Of a stretch of DNA of 64,000 bases, positions 37,701-50,400 are shown one piece after another. The translations under genes were made by a program, and so were the position numbers. The stretch covers positions 7,060,699 through 7,124,698 of the forward strand of contig CM082581.2 in NCBI GenBank assembly GCA_040954595.2, read 5' to 3'. Source of the stretch: Balanoglossus misakiensis (lineage: Eukaryota > Animalia > Hemichordata). The notes beneath the pieces were generated by a model. The model saw nothing but the letters and a program-made list of their open reading frames with translations, was not told the DNA's origin and did no database searches. Within the stretch, counting starts at the first letter, position 1; each line of letters starts with the position of its first letter.

Positions 37701-39845
37701 CGGACTTTAATTTATAGAAAAAACGTGAAGTCTGCAGCTATTAAACTCAAAACTACACAATACGTACACATGAGTCATGTGATGAATACGACAGTGTGAG
37801 GTCATTGACACTGCTGTTGTTGTAGGATATGCTGGGCAGTGACTATGTTGCCATGGCGACCTTACAGTCGATACAACCATGTTGGAAATGTCAGGCATTC
37901 CCCCCTCCAGTTTCAGAGGAAGTCACTAAATGTACAACATGCGACTGATTTATGGAGAAATTAGGCCCATTGCCGTTCTTTAATGCCATTGTTTCCAGAG
38001 AAATAGGTTTTGACCTTTGCACCTGTTGATGAGGGAGGAATAAATTTTCTCGACTCACCTTTTATTTTCTAGGCTAAGAGTTTCAACTGAATACTCAGTA
38101 TAAAAAAACTGATTTTGAAAACAGTTCTGTATACTTTCAAAGTATTATTTGTGTTTCTACTGGTCTGATTTACCATCTAGGATGGACTGTTGACATTTCC
38201 AATATCTAACATTGGATTCTTGGATTGGTAGTATGCTGTTTAGTATCTTGGGAGCTTTTGTGGCTGGGTAAACATTCAATTTTGTGGTTTGTTCCCAAAA
38301 GGCTGCAACACTCGTCTGTGTTACCACTTTCCCTTTCTTGCTTATCTTGATACAGTGGACAGTGAAGAAAACGCCAATATTTGAATAGAATTCACTGCTT
38401 GTCTTTTGGCCAGGCTGTGTTTGACTGTTTTGTGTGAAAACTGGTTTGTTTACCCGTATAGACCCTTGAAGGGTATGGACACCAAATATCCATGTTTGTG
38501 GCCCTGAAAGTCTATGGTTTTAAATAGCAACAATGAATGATGGTGATTAAAAAAGTGCAAGTCAGTATTGAGCAACACCCCCCCCCCCACCCCCCTCAAA
38601 AACAACAACACAACACTCTGTCACTCTCTGAAAATTGCATGACCACTAATTCAGAACGGGGCAACAAGTGTACGTGCAAACTCGCAAAGATCTAGTTTTT
38701 ATGAATATTGTACTGAGAATATTTTCTCAGGTATATGTGTTGGACTTCCTCAATTACCTTTCATACTCAAATGATGTACAGAAACCAATATGCTGTGGAA
38801 TGTGCATTACAATTAGGAGTGCATTTTTAAGCAAAAGTACTGTTATGCAACATGTTACGGACTGAATGTCAGCTGACTTCAAATTAAGTTCCCGTAATAT
38901 ACATGAAGCAATTGAGTACTCTGGTAAAATGACTCATACTAACATTTGGCTGCGCGTTATTCTACAGGCGGAAAAAAGGGGCACTATATCACCGGGCGAA
39001 ATCCAACAGGTGTCCGTTGCTCTGGTTGGCTGGATCTTCGGTCTGTCGTTGATATGTCAGCTGTGTACACGCGACAAGTGCTACTAGGTTACACTGTTCC
39101 GGTCAAACCGTTCGCAAACATTCGCACCCTTGAACTTGCCGATGCCGTGTGCCCCGACGTGATAATGAACTAGTAATGACGGGAAACGCTCATGAGATAT
39201 AACGATTTGTACTTTAACTTCGGGTTGTCGCTCGCGTATCACGATCGCTCAAATATTGTACCAAAACATTGGAACATGGCGGAAAGCGACAATCGTGTAT
39301 GTTTCTGACCGGGGAAATGTACAAACTTGCCGGTAATGTACATTTCATCGAGATCGTAACTAGCTACCATGTCAATGTCGCAGTGTATTTACCTGTTATT
39401 ATATTCTCTGATGATACCTCGTCTTTTTACCTGATGACGGGATTGGCCGGGAACAAGTTCGGCTCGCCAAACACCTTCACTCTCCGGCCTGCTGGCGCTT
39501 CCCGCGTACTAGACTGCTGTCACACAGCATTGTTCGCGGTGCCATGCGACGGTGCCATAGGTCACGACACCCAGCTTTAAATTTTAAATTCCTGAGCCAA
39601 TGACATTTCAATTAGTAACTTATTCAAACGCCCGACAAGTGGAGGAAAAGGGGCCTTTTTAAAGCTGTATAGCTCGCGGCGATGCGACCAACACATTGTA
39701 GAGTGTCGGTTTTGCGTCAATGTGAACAGTGGAAGTTGAGTTGATCTCTCGTCACGCAGGTGGATCCCACATAAACGTTATATACACAAATTAATAATAT
39801 AACTGTTACAGAAAGATTTGATAACTTACCCTGCGCCGTTGCCAT
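23437..39845 (-). CDS. THEG / SPMAP2-like sperm microtubule-associated protein, 10 coding exons (39845-39830, 36508-36415, 34254-34205, 29779-29740, 25995-25933, 25649-25518, 25156-25019, 24753-24612, 24171-24058, 23727-23437), 359 aa
   Basis: All ten exons have AG/GT boundaries and chain in one frame (phases 1,2,1,2,2,2,2,0,0; 1080 nt): MATAQAEVKALARENT...ERIYELAQPKESKCIWLTSFGPNMVWGNQDPMWP... Multiple THEG-type repeats (ATPRLAVLSEPK, ATPRLEMLARPK, PTPRTEELSHP, CPPRIEELSQP). The last six exons are secure; the four small 5' exons are inferred from phase fit. Confidence 0.85.
23791..23870. mobile_element. Short MITE-like element, copy B, in the last intron of the THEG-like gene
   Basis: Inverted ends ttcaccacc (23791-23799) and ggtggtgaa (23862-23870); reverse-complement similarity to the copy at 18502-18585. 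Confidence 0.6.
25738..25775. repeat. (GA)n microsatellite plus poly-G run
   Basis: gagagagagagagagagagagag followed by a G homopolymer, intronic. Confidence 0.9.
26304..26329. promoter_or_regulatory. RFX X-box pair
   Basis: CTCCTTAGCAAC followed by GTTGCCTAGCAAC (26317-26329). Confidence 0.6.
28044..28072. promoter_or_regulatory. RFX X-box cluster
   Basis: CCTTGGCAAC followed by GTTGCTATGGCGAC (28059-28072), with a further GTTGCTA downstream. Confidence 0.6.
37847..37860. promoter_or_regulatory. RFX X-box
   Basis: GTTGCCATGGCGAC, a near-perfect palindromic consensus in THEG-like intron 1. Confidence 0.6.
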
Positions 39846-39851
39846 GGTTAC
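39838..39851. promoter_or_regulatory. RFX X-box overlapping the predicted THEG-like start codon
   Basis: GTTGCCATGGTTAC; the minus-strand ATG (39845-39843) is in its centre. Further half-sites CATGGTTAC and CCTAGCAAC lie at 40038-40060. Confidence 0.6.
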
Positions 39852-42800
39852 TTTATTAGCAATGTCTGTGGTGTTTCTTTTTGTGAAATTCGGGCCCTGT
39901 TTTATGAGGCGATGCGGACTTGGCCCCTGCTTGCGGCAGTCCTGCTGCGCGAAAACTGTGGTAACTATTCGATTAGATTACTTATGCATCGTTCCACGCG
40001 TTCGAAAGTTTAGGTCAGCTGGCCGCTGAAAGCTTCACATGGTTACGTGAGCCTAGCAACAATATGCTAATTTCCCACCACGTGGTTATTGTTTTCATTT
40101 TGGCTGTGTGTTCGAAGTCCGGCCAGACATTGAAAAGGTGGGGGTATTAATTTCAGGGTATCACTCTACGGTAACATTATCTGACGTGAAGTAAAATTAG
40201 AAGATGAGTACTTGTATAGGGCCTATGCAGTTTTTGTCGTTTGCTTTCCGTTCAACGCGTATTTCGTCATTGACGGTCGGGAAGGGTTGGTGGGGTGGGT
40301 GGGTGAATACTTTTAGGGCCTATGCATGACAGTCTACGTGTACAGGCTAGTAAGCAATATGGTGGAACTAAACTTTAACAAGAAAAATATTTCTTTTATT
40401 GAAATGAAAATCACAATAATGCTGTCTAACAATTCAAAACCAAACATTTCTTGGTTCTTTTCGGCATTCAAGAAATTTCAAGAAAGTCCAAGCCAAGTGA
40501 GCTTGACACCGCCCAGCAGCGCCGACTCATGTGTATGTATGTATGCATGCATGTATCGATCGATTCGCAGAATAGCTTTGGCATAGTGGTACTGAAGTAG
40601 CTCCATGGCTGTAGTTAACTTGTTATGCAACCATCCCTGTCTCTGGCTGGGAAAAGGTTGCTCTCCATTCTTGAAATTTTGACAGCAGGCTCCAATTTAA
40701 AACAGTGCTCTGTCGTAATTGGGCATCTAGGCCCGTACTTTTTTCGGCGATAAAAGGGAACGGAGTTGTTTAACGAAGTTGTTTTACATCGTAATGCGGC
40801 CTTGGCTCTGTAAACTTCACTGTAATAGGACAGTTAAATTGACATGTGCGTGGATGGGCAGTGTTGACCCATTCAGGCAGAGAATTATTGGCTTTCTCCG
40901 ACATGATAGGCCTGCAGCACATGCACTGAGTCGCGTCGCGTCGCAACCACCTGTTGAGTCTTAGGGCGCCCTCATACTTCCACTATTAATTTCTTTTGGT
41001 ATCCGGATTACTCGCACAAATGCAAACCAATATCAATATCTTGCGCATACAGGGCTATTCATGAATTTGTCAGTTTTGAATAGTGACATTTTAGAAAGCT
41101 ATAATATAACAAATATCGCAAGTCATGCCGCCATGTTGAAAGCATTAACAGCACAAGATCAGTGTTGCACGATTTCTTGCCTTATCCAAAAAGCAAGCGA
41201 ATGACAAGTCGAATGTTCTCTCTCCACCGATGACGACACGAATGTTTCCGTGTAAAATGTCCCGTGCCCGTCGCCATGGCTACGCAATTTCGCGTTTACA
41301 GTTTCTGCGTTGTAGATGGTGAGGAAACTAAACGGTCAGGCTCTCCGAAATCAGTTACGTGCGCAAGCGTGATGTTGGCAGTGCAGACAGTGTACACCCG
41401 GTGACCGTCTTCCCCAGCAGACGTTTTCAGACTCACAGACACTCCGTTCTTATGAATTCACAGACACACATCATTAACCCTGACATGCATCGGGGTCGGA
41501 CTTGAAATGCAACTTGTCACGCAGGCCTGGATTTAGAATCTTCACTGAAGTAGACCCATGGGTGTAGTCATGGAATTATAGTACTTATATATAATTGAGT
41601 AATTGGGGGAAAGTCAATATTAATTCACTTTTGGAGTCGTCCAGGTTCTTTGCTTTGATTTCATAAAGAAAAGCATGCGAGCGCGAGTCGGAATTCGGTG
41701 GTATGCGCGGCGGTCGCGTTGGACATATTGTATTTCGTTTCACAACAGTAATTCCGAGAATAGCGAGCTTGTAGACGTGCGGGTTGGAAAAGGAAGGAAT
41801 ATGCTCCGTGTACAAAACGATCCGGGGTTACGCAACAGTGTCTTAGTCACCGGCAACTTCACACTGGCACGGTGTGTGGAGCGACATAATTCACCTATAT
41901 AGGACGCTTCCTGTTTGTCTCTCAGACTCAGCGTCGAAAAATCGCTGACTCAAATTTTTCCCGTGTCATACGTGACAGCGAAGACCGTCTGCAAAACGAT
42001 ACAAATTGGGCAAATTAGACCAAAACACACACTAAAGGATAAAAGCCGTTTGCGGGTTTGTGGCAATTCAACAGAACATATATATGTACTGACTAATGGA
42101 TATTTTAAGGTTCAAGGTAGCGTGATGGTCGAACTCATCACAAATATTTATGAAAATCCATTCTATTAATAGAACTAAATATTATGCATTACGTTTACAT
42201 GTATCTGTCTGACAGGTCTGTCTGTCTGAAGAAACCTCAATTTATTATATCACGGAATCGAATTATGCCCAAATTTGTGACGTAAGCTTCATGCGTGTAG
42301 ACGATAAAAAGGTTTAATGCCAATATTTGCAAGATAATACTGGTATTATGGTTATAGCTCATAAATATCATTATGACGTTTATACGCAAAATGAATACGT
42401 TGTATGACTGTATGACGCATAATCTCTATAGGATTACATTGATGCGCCAAAATGCTAGATTGTCATCAAACACTGACGTATCATGAACCTAATAACATTT
42501 AATATATCGGTTCGAACGCTACACTTGCTACATTAGCATATGGTATTACACTTAATTTAGCTTGCCTCAATTTTAGCTAGTCCGGGCACATCCATTCGCT
42601 GCGTTCGCTTTAAACGACCAGATACCGCGCGCCGACGTGACACGAATGAATTCTCGCGGCCCTGTCGGACCATCCAATCCGCACACGGCGCCAGCTCCCC
42701 GTTCGCTTAAAATTCACGGCAGATGAACGCTAGATAATAAAAGTAATCCGATACAAGGGCAAATATCATTACTTTAATAGCGTGTTGATACAAAGCAGGT

Positions 42801-45800
42801 ATATCGGCTGACGCAGCGACAGAATATCGCTGCAGTTGCGACGTTTGGGGAATTTCTGGCGCGCTACCTACCAAAAAAGGTAAGGTTTTATTCGCCCAGA
42901 TATTTATCTGTGTTGGGCTTGCAAGTAATTGCATTGATCACGGTTGACATTACCTGAGTAATGGTGAATGGGACGTTTCATTTTAGTGCGGATATGAATC
43001 AGGTTCTACACCAGGAAAAAAGTTCCTTTCCCGAAAAGTTGGTCACTTCATTTCAATTTTGCGCGGAAGAACACGGTCGCTTTAATTATTGGATCGGATC
43101 CGCGTAATGGATATGGATGACGTCGTGTGAAATAACCCTCCAAAGCGAACCAACACAAGGCAAACAGTGTAATACAAAGAGAAAAGAATTTGTATTGTCA
43201 GTAGAATTCTTGTATCCTCCCACAAAAAATACTGTTGTCAAAATGTTTCATTAAATTCACGAATCTAAGATGGTTGTCTTGGGTACATAGCAACAGAATG
43301 CCTATCCTATCAGCGTGCATGTCTTGCAATTGCATATCTTTTGTCGATCAGTTGAACGCCAATTTCTGATCGTAAAGAACGTCGTGACAATACAGACCAT
43401 AATGAATATTGTCATCATTTGCCAGCCACTGTCGACTTTTCATGACATTATATTGGCCCGCAAGGAATACAGAAATCAGTGCAGAAATCGCACCCATTCA
43501 GAAAGTTCAGCCACGTTCAGTCACATATTACACCAGTTATACTGCTCTGAGCTCTTCCTCCCTCCCCCCTCCCCCTCCAATCCCCTGATAAGTTGTCTTA
43601 CACATTGTACAGGTAACATTTTGCCATGCCGTCCCTGGCACGCTATGCTTAGAACTTCATGCACCTGTAAGTTATAAATGTCAAAAGCGTTATTTAAAGG
43701 TCAACACAGATAAGCTTAAAATATGATAATGCCACGTGCCGTGAAAAAAACACAATCTACGTCATGTAAATTTCACCTGCGTTTACCAACTTAAGGTTAC
43801 TGCGATTTAGATCTTGAGATGTGTAGGAAGATACCCCATCACCTGTTATTTTTGTATAGTGCATAAAGCGTGATGGTATTTTGGGGCCGAAATGAAATCA
43901 TATCTATCATGCAACCCAATTTTTAAAATGTAGACGTTGTCAATCAGCTCCACTTTTAGGTGTTTTCAGGTTTTTCTTTCTATGTATCGTTTTTTGGTCG
44001 ACTGCCTGTACAGAATTAACATTTTCGTGTATGCACACATTACTACTGTTGAAAATTGTCTTGGAGTCACTCCACTAGCAAGTTATGACAACTTTGTTGA
44101 AACTGCATGCTATGTTGGAAGTAGAACCAGAAAATGTAGTGGATGCACACAGCACAAAAAAATACTGAGTGTTACAGCTGTCCCTTTTAGCCTTCACAAT
44201 CTGAGCCTTCACCTTCGATAACGTTCAAAATGGCGGCCTTCCATCACCCCTCGTCGATCGCGTAGTGTACTATTTAAGTTGCATACACGCGTAGCACACG
44301 GCAGCATACGTTATGGTCAAGGTAGTTTGTAATATTGCGACTTGCGCCAGAATTCCAAACATTATTCGCGAGGAGACAGGAGGGGGCATAAAAATGAATA
44401 GCCTACTGGGGAATTTGTGTCGGGTTTTGAGAGCAGTAAGGGCGCCGCCATCTTGTGGTTGAACCCTAGGCAACGTACTCTTGCCGCTCGTCGGTATTCG
44501 GGAATTCCGCCAACATTGTCATAACATGTCAACGCGACTTGAGAAAGATAAACGAGAGACCCCCGGAGAACGCTTTGAGAAAAGGAAATTGCGACTGCCC
44601 GGGAGAGCTACGGGTCGCTGAAAAGTCGAACGGCATGCAAAGGACAGAGTCGGTCCGATGCGGTCGGTGGATTTCGTGTATCCACGAAAATTCGCAGCAA
44701 TTTCACGCGCACCGTGCGGCTAAATTGCGCATGTCCCTGTATAACAACACCGGTGCATTCAACGGTTGTGCATCGCCACTCGTGGCTGGGGACCTCGTGT
44801 CTGTGGAATTTCCTTGCCTTCCGTAAACAGAAAACACGACAGAAAAAAAATCGGCTGTTGGGAACAAATACCTATGGTTGTGAACGCCAGACGTCTGTAA
44901 ATTATCGAACTTAATTGAAATTGTTGATAATGTCTAGTTTCTTTGAAAATGCCGCCTTAGAGTAGAATAGGACTTTGGCATTCCTGTGGTGCGACCCGCA
45001 AAACATGATAGGGTTAACGTTCTTCTGCATCATGATTGTATTTACACCTCTACCCCGGTTGTAAATAGAAAGCAGCTCCTTTGAAGGCGGGGAATATACA
45101 CCCACGAACTGATTATAAATATGACATATGAAATTGCTTATGCTAGTTTTGATTTCCGGTAAAACTCGAAAAGAAACTTTGAGAAACAAGAAATTAACTA
45201 TTATTGAGTTCCCTTCTCTCCCCATTCAAGTTTCGGAATTGTTCTGAAGTTGATATTTATCAGTCCTGGTTCGGATCCGTAAAGAACACTTCCTTACACT
45301 AAAACAGGGCCCTCGTTGATATTTTAATTCATTTATACATCAAGCAACTTCTTTTAGTGTTTTTGTCCTCTACATGTGATACTAGTATTCAGCTTTCCAC
45401 CAATTTACCGACACACTCATTTGCGCAAGACTTCTTCAATTCGCGCCAACATTTTCGACCACAGACTTGTTTTGATGTTCGGTTAAGATGAAAGTATTGG
45501 ACGACCCGGCCCAGAAATGAAGTATTGCTCATTGTTCGGACATTTTTCCCCCGACAAAGATCCACAGATCACAAAAGCATTCCGGCTGGAAAACCCTGCC
45601 AACAAGCCCCCCTCGGAGAGGGTGTGTATAGAGCCCGACGCTGTGACCTATCCACGCGTCGTGCATTTGAAGCACCGAGATAGTTTTAATAAACATTTCA
45701 GTTAGCGCCCGCATAACTTTCAGAAGATTTACTAGTATATATTATATATAGCATGCGACACGCCAAACTGCCGAACGACAACAGTCAGCAACCGGCTCCA

Positions 45801-47248
45801 ACTCCACCACACGCTGCAGCTTCAAATATTCCACGTGTTTGCGCGCAGAATAAAAATGACCAGACTTCATTGAAAACACCTTCATTCCACTTTCCATTTT
45901 TAATAACAATTTCCATGGCCATGATTTTAAAAGTATAAACTTCGGCCCCGGCCAAAGAAAATAGCTGGAGCCCCTAAATTAACTTTTACAGCTGTAGTGG
46001 GCGTCATCCGATGTGTTGATGAATGTGTTGAAAGGCGCGGTTTCAACCGGCACCTTTGCCATCGCTCGAAATAAAATCTATTTATACCGAAGCAGCCTAA
46101 TTTGGGATATTTTGATTTTCCTGCCGCCTTTGTCCCGTCTGCGCTTATTGTCTGTCCTGCATTCCAGCGAGGGGTGGTCGCTTTCTGCCTTCTGTAACTT
46201 TTGCCGCTGTTCGCCACGCTTGATTGCCGGCGTAAGTAAGACAAAAGTCGGTGGTATGCGAGTTATTGAAACCCGTCTGCATTTAATCTTTCAAGCTGTA
46301 TACCTGGAGTTGCAGAATAACCTCCCGCCTACAACGGATTTTCCCGAGTAACACGCCCTGTCTGAATTTCGAGTCACCGGCGAAAACACCCCCAGAAAGG
46401 AATGCCTGTACATGTCCGTAGAAGAAGCGTGCCGGTTCATCCATCGCCCGAAGAACGGACGCTGTTCAATGCGAAAATTTGCCGGTCGCGTGCAGCTCGC
46501 GTGCACGCCGGTATATTTATTCCCATCTGCCGAAGGGGGTCAGTCGCAGGTGAACGTTGGCGGTGCTATGTATACGGGCTCGCACCGAGTCTGGCGGCAC
46601 AGCCAGTACTGGAAACGGGGATTTGAAATACAAAAAGAGGGAGATCGATTGGCCGATCGCGCTCGGTTGGTATGGTGATCGGAAACCGCATTATGGTGCC
46701 ACTCGACGTTTCTGGGCTGCACGCACCGACGCGGCGTTACAACCGGCTGGGCGGCTCGTCTGCTTGCACCCATCGCGGATCACCGAGGCCGTCGACGGTT
46801 GGATATCACCTACCATCTAGTGTGTGTACGCCGCAATATCATGTGAAGCGACATCTATACTCAGAGCTACAGCCCAGATCATGCTACATTGCCCATACCT
46901 GTTTCATTCACCGGGAAGAAGAAAAACAGCTAAAATCTAGGCCAGCATCGAACGGATGCCGCTAAGACTGGTATAGGGGGAGGGCGGAAATGTTCTTCTG
47001 CGCATCGGATTTGACTGTTCCACTGCTATTGTTCCGCATGCAATGGTCGACCCCTGAAAAAAATGTACTCACAACAATATTACGATAGAAAGGTGCAGAG
47101 GCGACGCTGATGAATCAGCCGGGCACCTATCACTTCTCCTCGTAAGCTTCCGGAAGTGCGAGGTCGCGGAAAGGAGTCACTACGACAGAAAGCCTAATCG
47201 TGGGTTGATACACTCATACTTCTAATGGCTAATGAATTATCGAGACCC

Positions 47249-47283
47249 TATAAAAACCAAGCAATTTCTTACATAAATTCACT
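47249..47283 (+). promoter_or_regulatory. FGF core promoter: TATA box and Inr-like element
   Basis: TATAAAAA at 47249-47256 and ATTCACT ~28 nt downstream; ETS-like CCGGAAGT at ~47150. Confidence 0.6.
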
Positions 47284-47480
47284 TTTCTTGTAAGACAGTG
47301 GAGAAGAAGAAGACACCAAAGAACTGTCCCAACCAATCGGTATCGCGCGTTCCACTTTCAACGAATTTTTTTCTTCTCCCGCTGTTCTTTTATCAACGTT
47401 TGTTTTTCACAAGTGATTGGTTGGTTAACCAACTCCGGGGTCTCTCTTCCGCAATTTTTTTTCTCTCCGCCGTGACAACA

Positions 47481-50400
47481 ATGGAGGCGTACATTTCGAC
47501 GGTCATCGCTGCCGCGGCGGCGGTCCTCTTGTTCCTGGCCCAGTGCAAAAGTGTCGAGGCCGCCACGATCTACAGGCAGCCCAGTCTGCAGGCGGTGCTG
47601 TTCGCCGACAGCAATTTCTTCGGCTCGGGCGACTTCGAGGAGGCCGAGCTGGCCTCCATGGAACTCCTACTGCCCGCCAGAAACACCCGCGCCCACTCGC
47701 CGCCACTCTATGAACTGTACAGTCGCACTCGGTGGAACTTGCAGATATTGGCCGACGGCAAAGTGTCGGCCACCAAAGAGAGGAACAACGAGTATGGTGA
47801 GTTGCGTTATTTTTTCTCTCTCTCTCTCTTTGTTGCAGACTTGCATTTATAGCAAAACAGTCGGGCGTGTGGTCTTTTTCGATATTACCCCCCCCCCCCC
47901 CCCCACAACCGCCGTCTTCACATCCCATCTTCGGACAAATTTATGCAAAAATGCCTCATGGTTTATTTCATTTGCATTCTGCCGTTAGAGCCGTTAATTA
48001 AATGATCTGGCAATTAATCAAATGATCGAGAGTTGGTATCTAAGGAATTTGGAAACGGGATCTCACTTTATGCAATTAGGTCGTAAGAGGCTTCACGGGT
48101 CAGGGCAAAGGTCAAACTCCAGTGACGTTTGCATTATATACTTTTTCCGTGATTACTATATTCTCTGGTCTCGCGGAGTGTAAGTTTCGACACCAGATAA
48201 CCCGAGCAAGAGTCCCGGTGAGGGATCAAAAATTGGGAGCATAATTTAAAGTAAATGTCATCGCTCGCCGCAGAGCAAACAATTAAAATGGTCGCCATGG
48301 AAGGTTTAGCTTCGTTTGAGAGAAAAAAAAACCGGTGGTTATTAATAGAAGTATGAGATATGATACTTACAACGTTTGGGATTATGTGTTTTGCAGTCTG
48401 CGAAGGGCGCGGATTTACCGAAGTAAATTAGGCTAAGCGGGGGATTGTGTTCCAGGGCCAGTTGGATTAAGTGCAACACCTGGTGTATATTTTAACGAGG
48501 CATGCGCCTTCGTGGCGAAACTTCTCCTTCACGTGGCGCACCAGGCGACGTCCTGGTCCCCCCCCCCCTCAATTAGTATTCAGAATTTTGTTTTATTCTG
48601 TAATGAAACGGTCTGAATCACTGCAAGAAAATAAAGTGTTTTCCTTCTTAGATAAATGTATTTCATTTGCGCCACTTTCATTACTCCACAAGTGTGATGA
48701 ATCACGGCGACCGCGGCGCATGCGTAACGAGTTGCCGTTCATTGTCTGGGTACCAGCAAACCTTTACAGGCAATTTGCAAGCTGTCAGGAACCCCGGGAT
48801 TTACCTCGGGAAAATAAGAGCCATTACGTCATCAAGATGACGTCATATATGACTCAGGGTGTCGGTTGACGGAGAAATTACTACCAGGGAGAAAGTTTTA
48901 CTTTGCGCTTTTCAAATATTACAAGAAAACTCTAAGGTGTAAAAAACAACAACGGCGTCACAGTTGAAATCCAAATGGTACTTTTCAATTTTCTCGCTCT
49001 TCAACAGCGCGCTTGCTGACCCTTGACTCGTGTCTTTTCACCCCAAAGCCAAGGTCTTCGCGTTGCTACACCCCTCCCAACCCACTTCTCAATGGAACCT
49101 TTTTATTCGAGTAACCTCGTGGCTTTATACACTGCGTCACCTTTCTGCGCGTGGTCGGAAGACACCCTCCCCCGACTCCAGTGATTCGGAAACCCGAAAT
49201 TTCTTCATGCTTAAGATAGGCCTAATTATAAAAAATAAAGAAGTGAAAAATAATTTTACAGAAACGTTCAGCCGGTATTGCGTTCAGGACTCAACTCGCT
49301 GGCTTCTTTGACAACATATATGCAACACGGGAAGTTTGATGGCGCAGGATCCTGTGAGTCCGGAATAAACATAACGAGGAAATACCGGTATGTCAGATCA
49401 TAGACACCAAGAAAAAAATCGTGCCTATGGATTACCCCATGGAATTTCAAATGCATTCCCGGAACAGCAAGGGGCGTGTATGGGAATGACCAGCTCTAAC
49501 GTGGTTAAATTAATAATAACGACCCACATTTAAGTCGCCGTGTTTTATTTAACCCCCACAGAACGATGGCGGTCGTAATTATCAGGATTGCCAAACTGGC
49601 ACGTGTTTGAATATAATACTCGTCGCGGCGTCGTGGAGCGCGTTTGGTCCTTCTCACTACGAAGACGACAGATTTCGAGTTGATTACGCCTCCGACTATC
49701 AATTTCAGTGCGGGCGTTAATTGCCAAGCCGGGTAATACAAACATCCTCGCAAATCAACCAGACATGCATCGAAAACGTCGTTCCCGCAGATTAAGTATC
49801 ACAACATTCGGAGAGGAAAATATTCGCGGTATGGAGGCGAGATCACGCCAGGGCCGCGGACGGAGTTTAAAACTAGGTTGCGCGTCAGCGTACGTAGGCC
49901 TTTATGGACGCAGTTTCAAGCGCTTTAATCGGTCCGTGCGGGATCGGGAGTATTACGCCTATTAGCCGCTTTAGATATATAGTCGCAGGAGGTAGCGCTT
50001 TGAAAGCCACAACGCAGACGCCGATATCTGGCGTACAGAAATTACTCTCTTGGGTCGTTTATATACCCACTCGCTCGCCATTATCTGCCGAGTTGCTATA
50101 GCGAAGACCGGTGATGGACCTCGCGTCAGCGAATCTAAAACCCACTGATCTTTATGGATTTTAGGCGTGCGCAAAGATGGACGTTGATTTATTTCAAACG
50201 AGGTGCGCGGAGCCAACCATGGCAAACACTCTCTGATGATATTATGTGTGTTTGGGTTATTTTTCCTTCAGATTTTAACACTTGAGATATACCTGGAAAG
50301 GTAGTTCGATGACGTATGTTGTGGAGTAAGTTTAACTGCACTGGCGTCGTCAAACAAACTCGCTGATACCCGTCTGGATCCTGAGTCATGCTTCGAAATT

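Noticed and set aside
47503-47988. Alternative-frame ORFs overlapping FGF exon 1 (141 aa on the minus strand, 145 aa on the plus strand)
   Set aside because: By-products of GC-rich codon usage that run into intronic low-complexity sequence.
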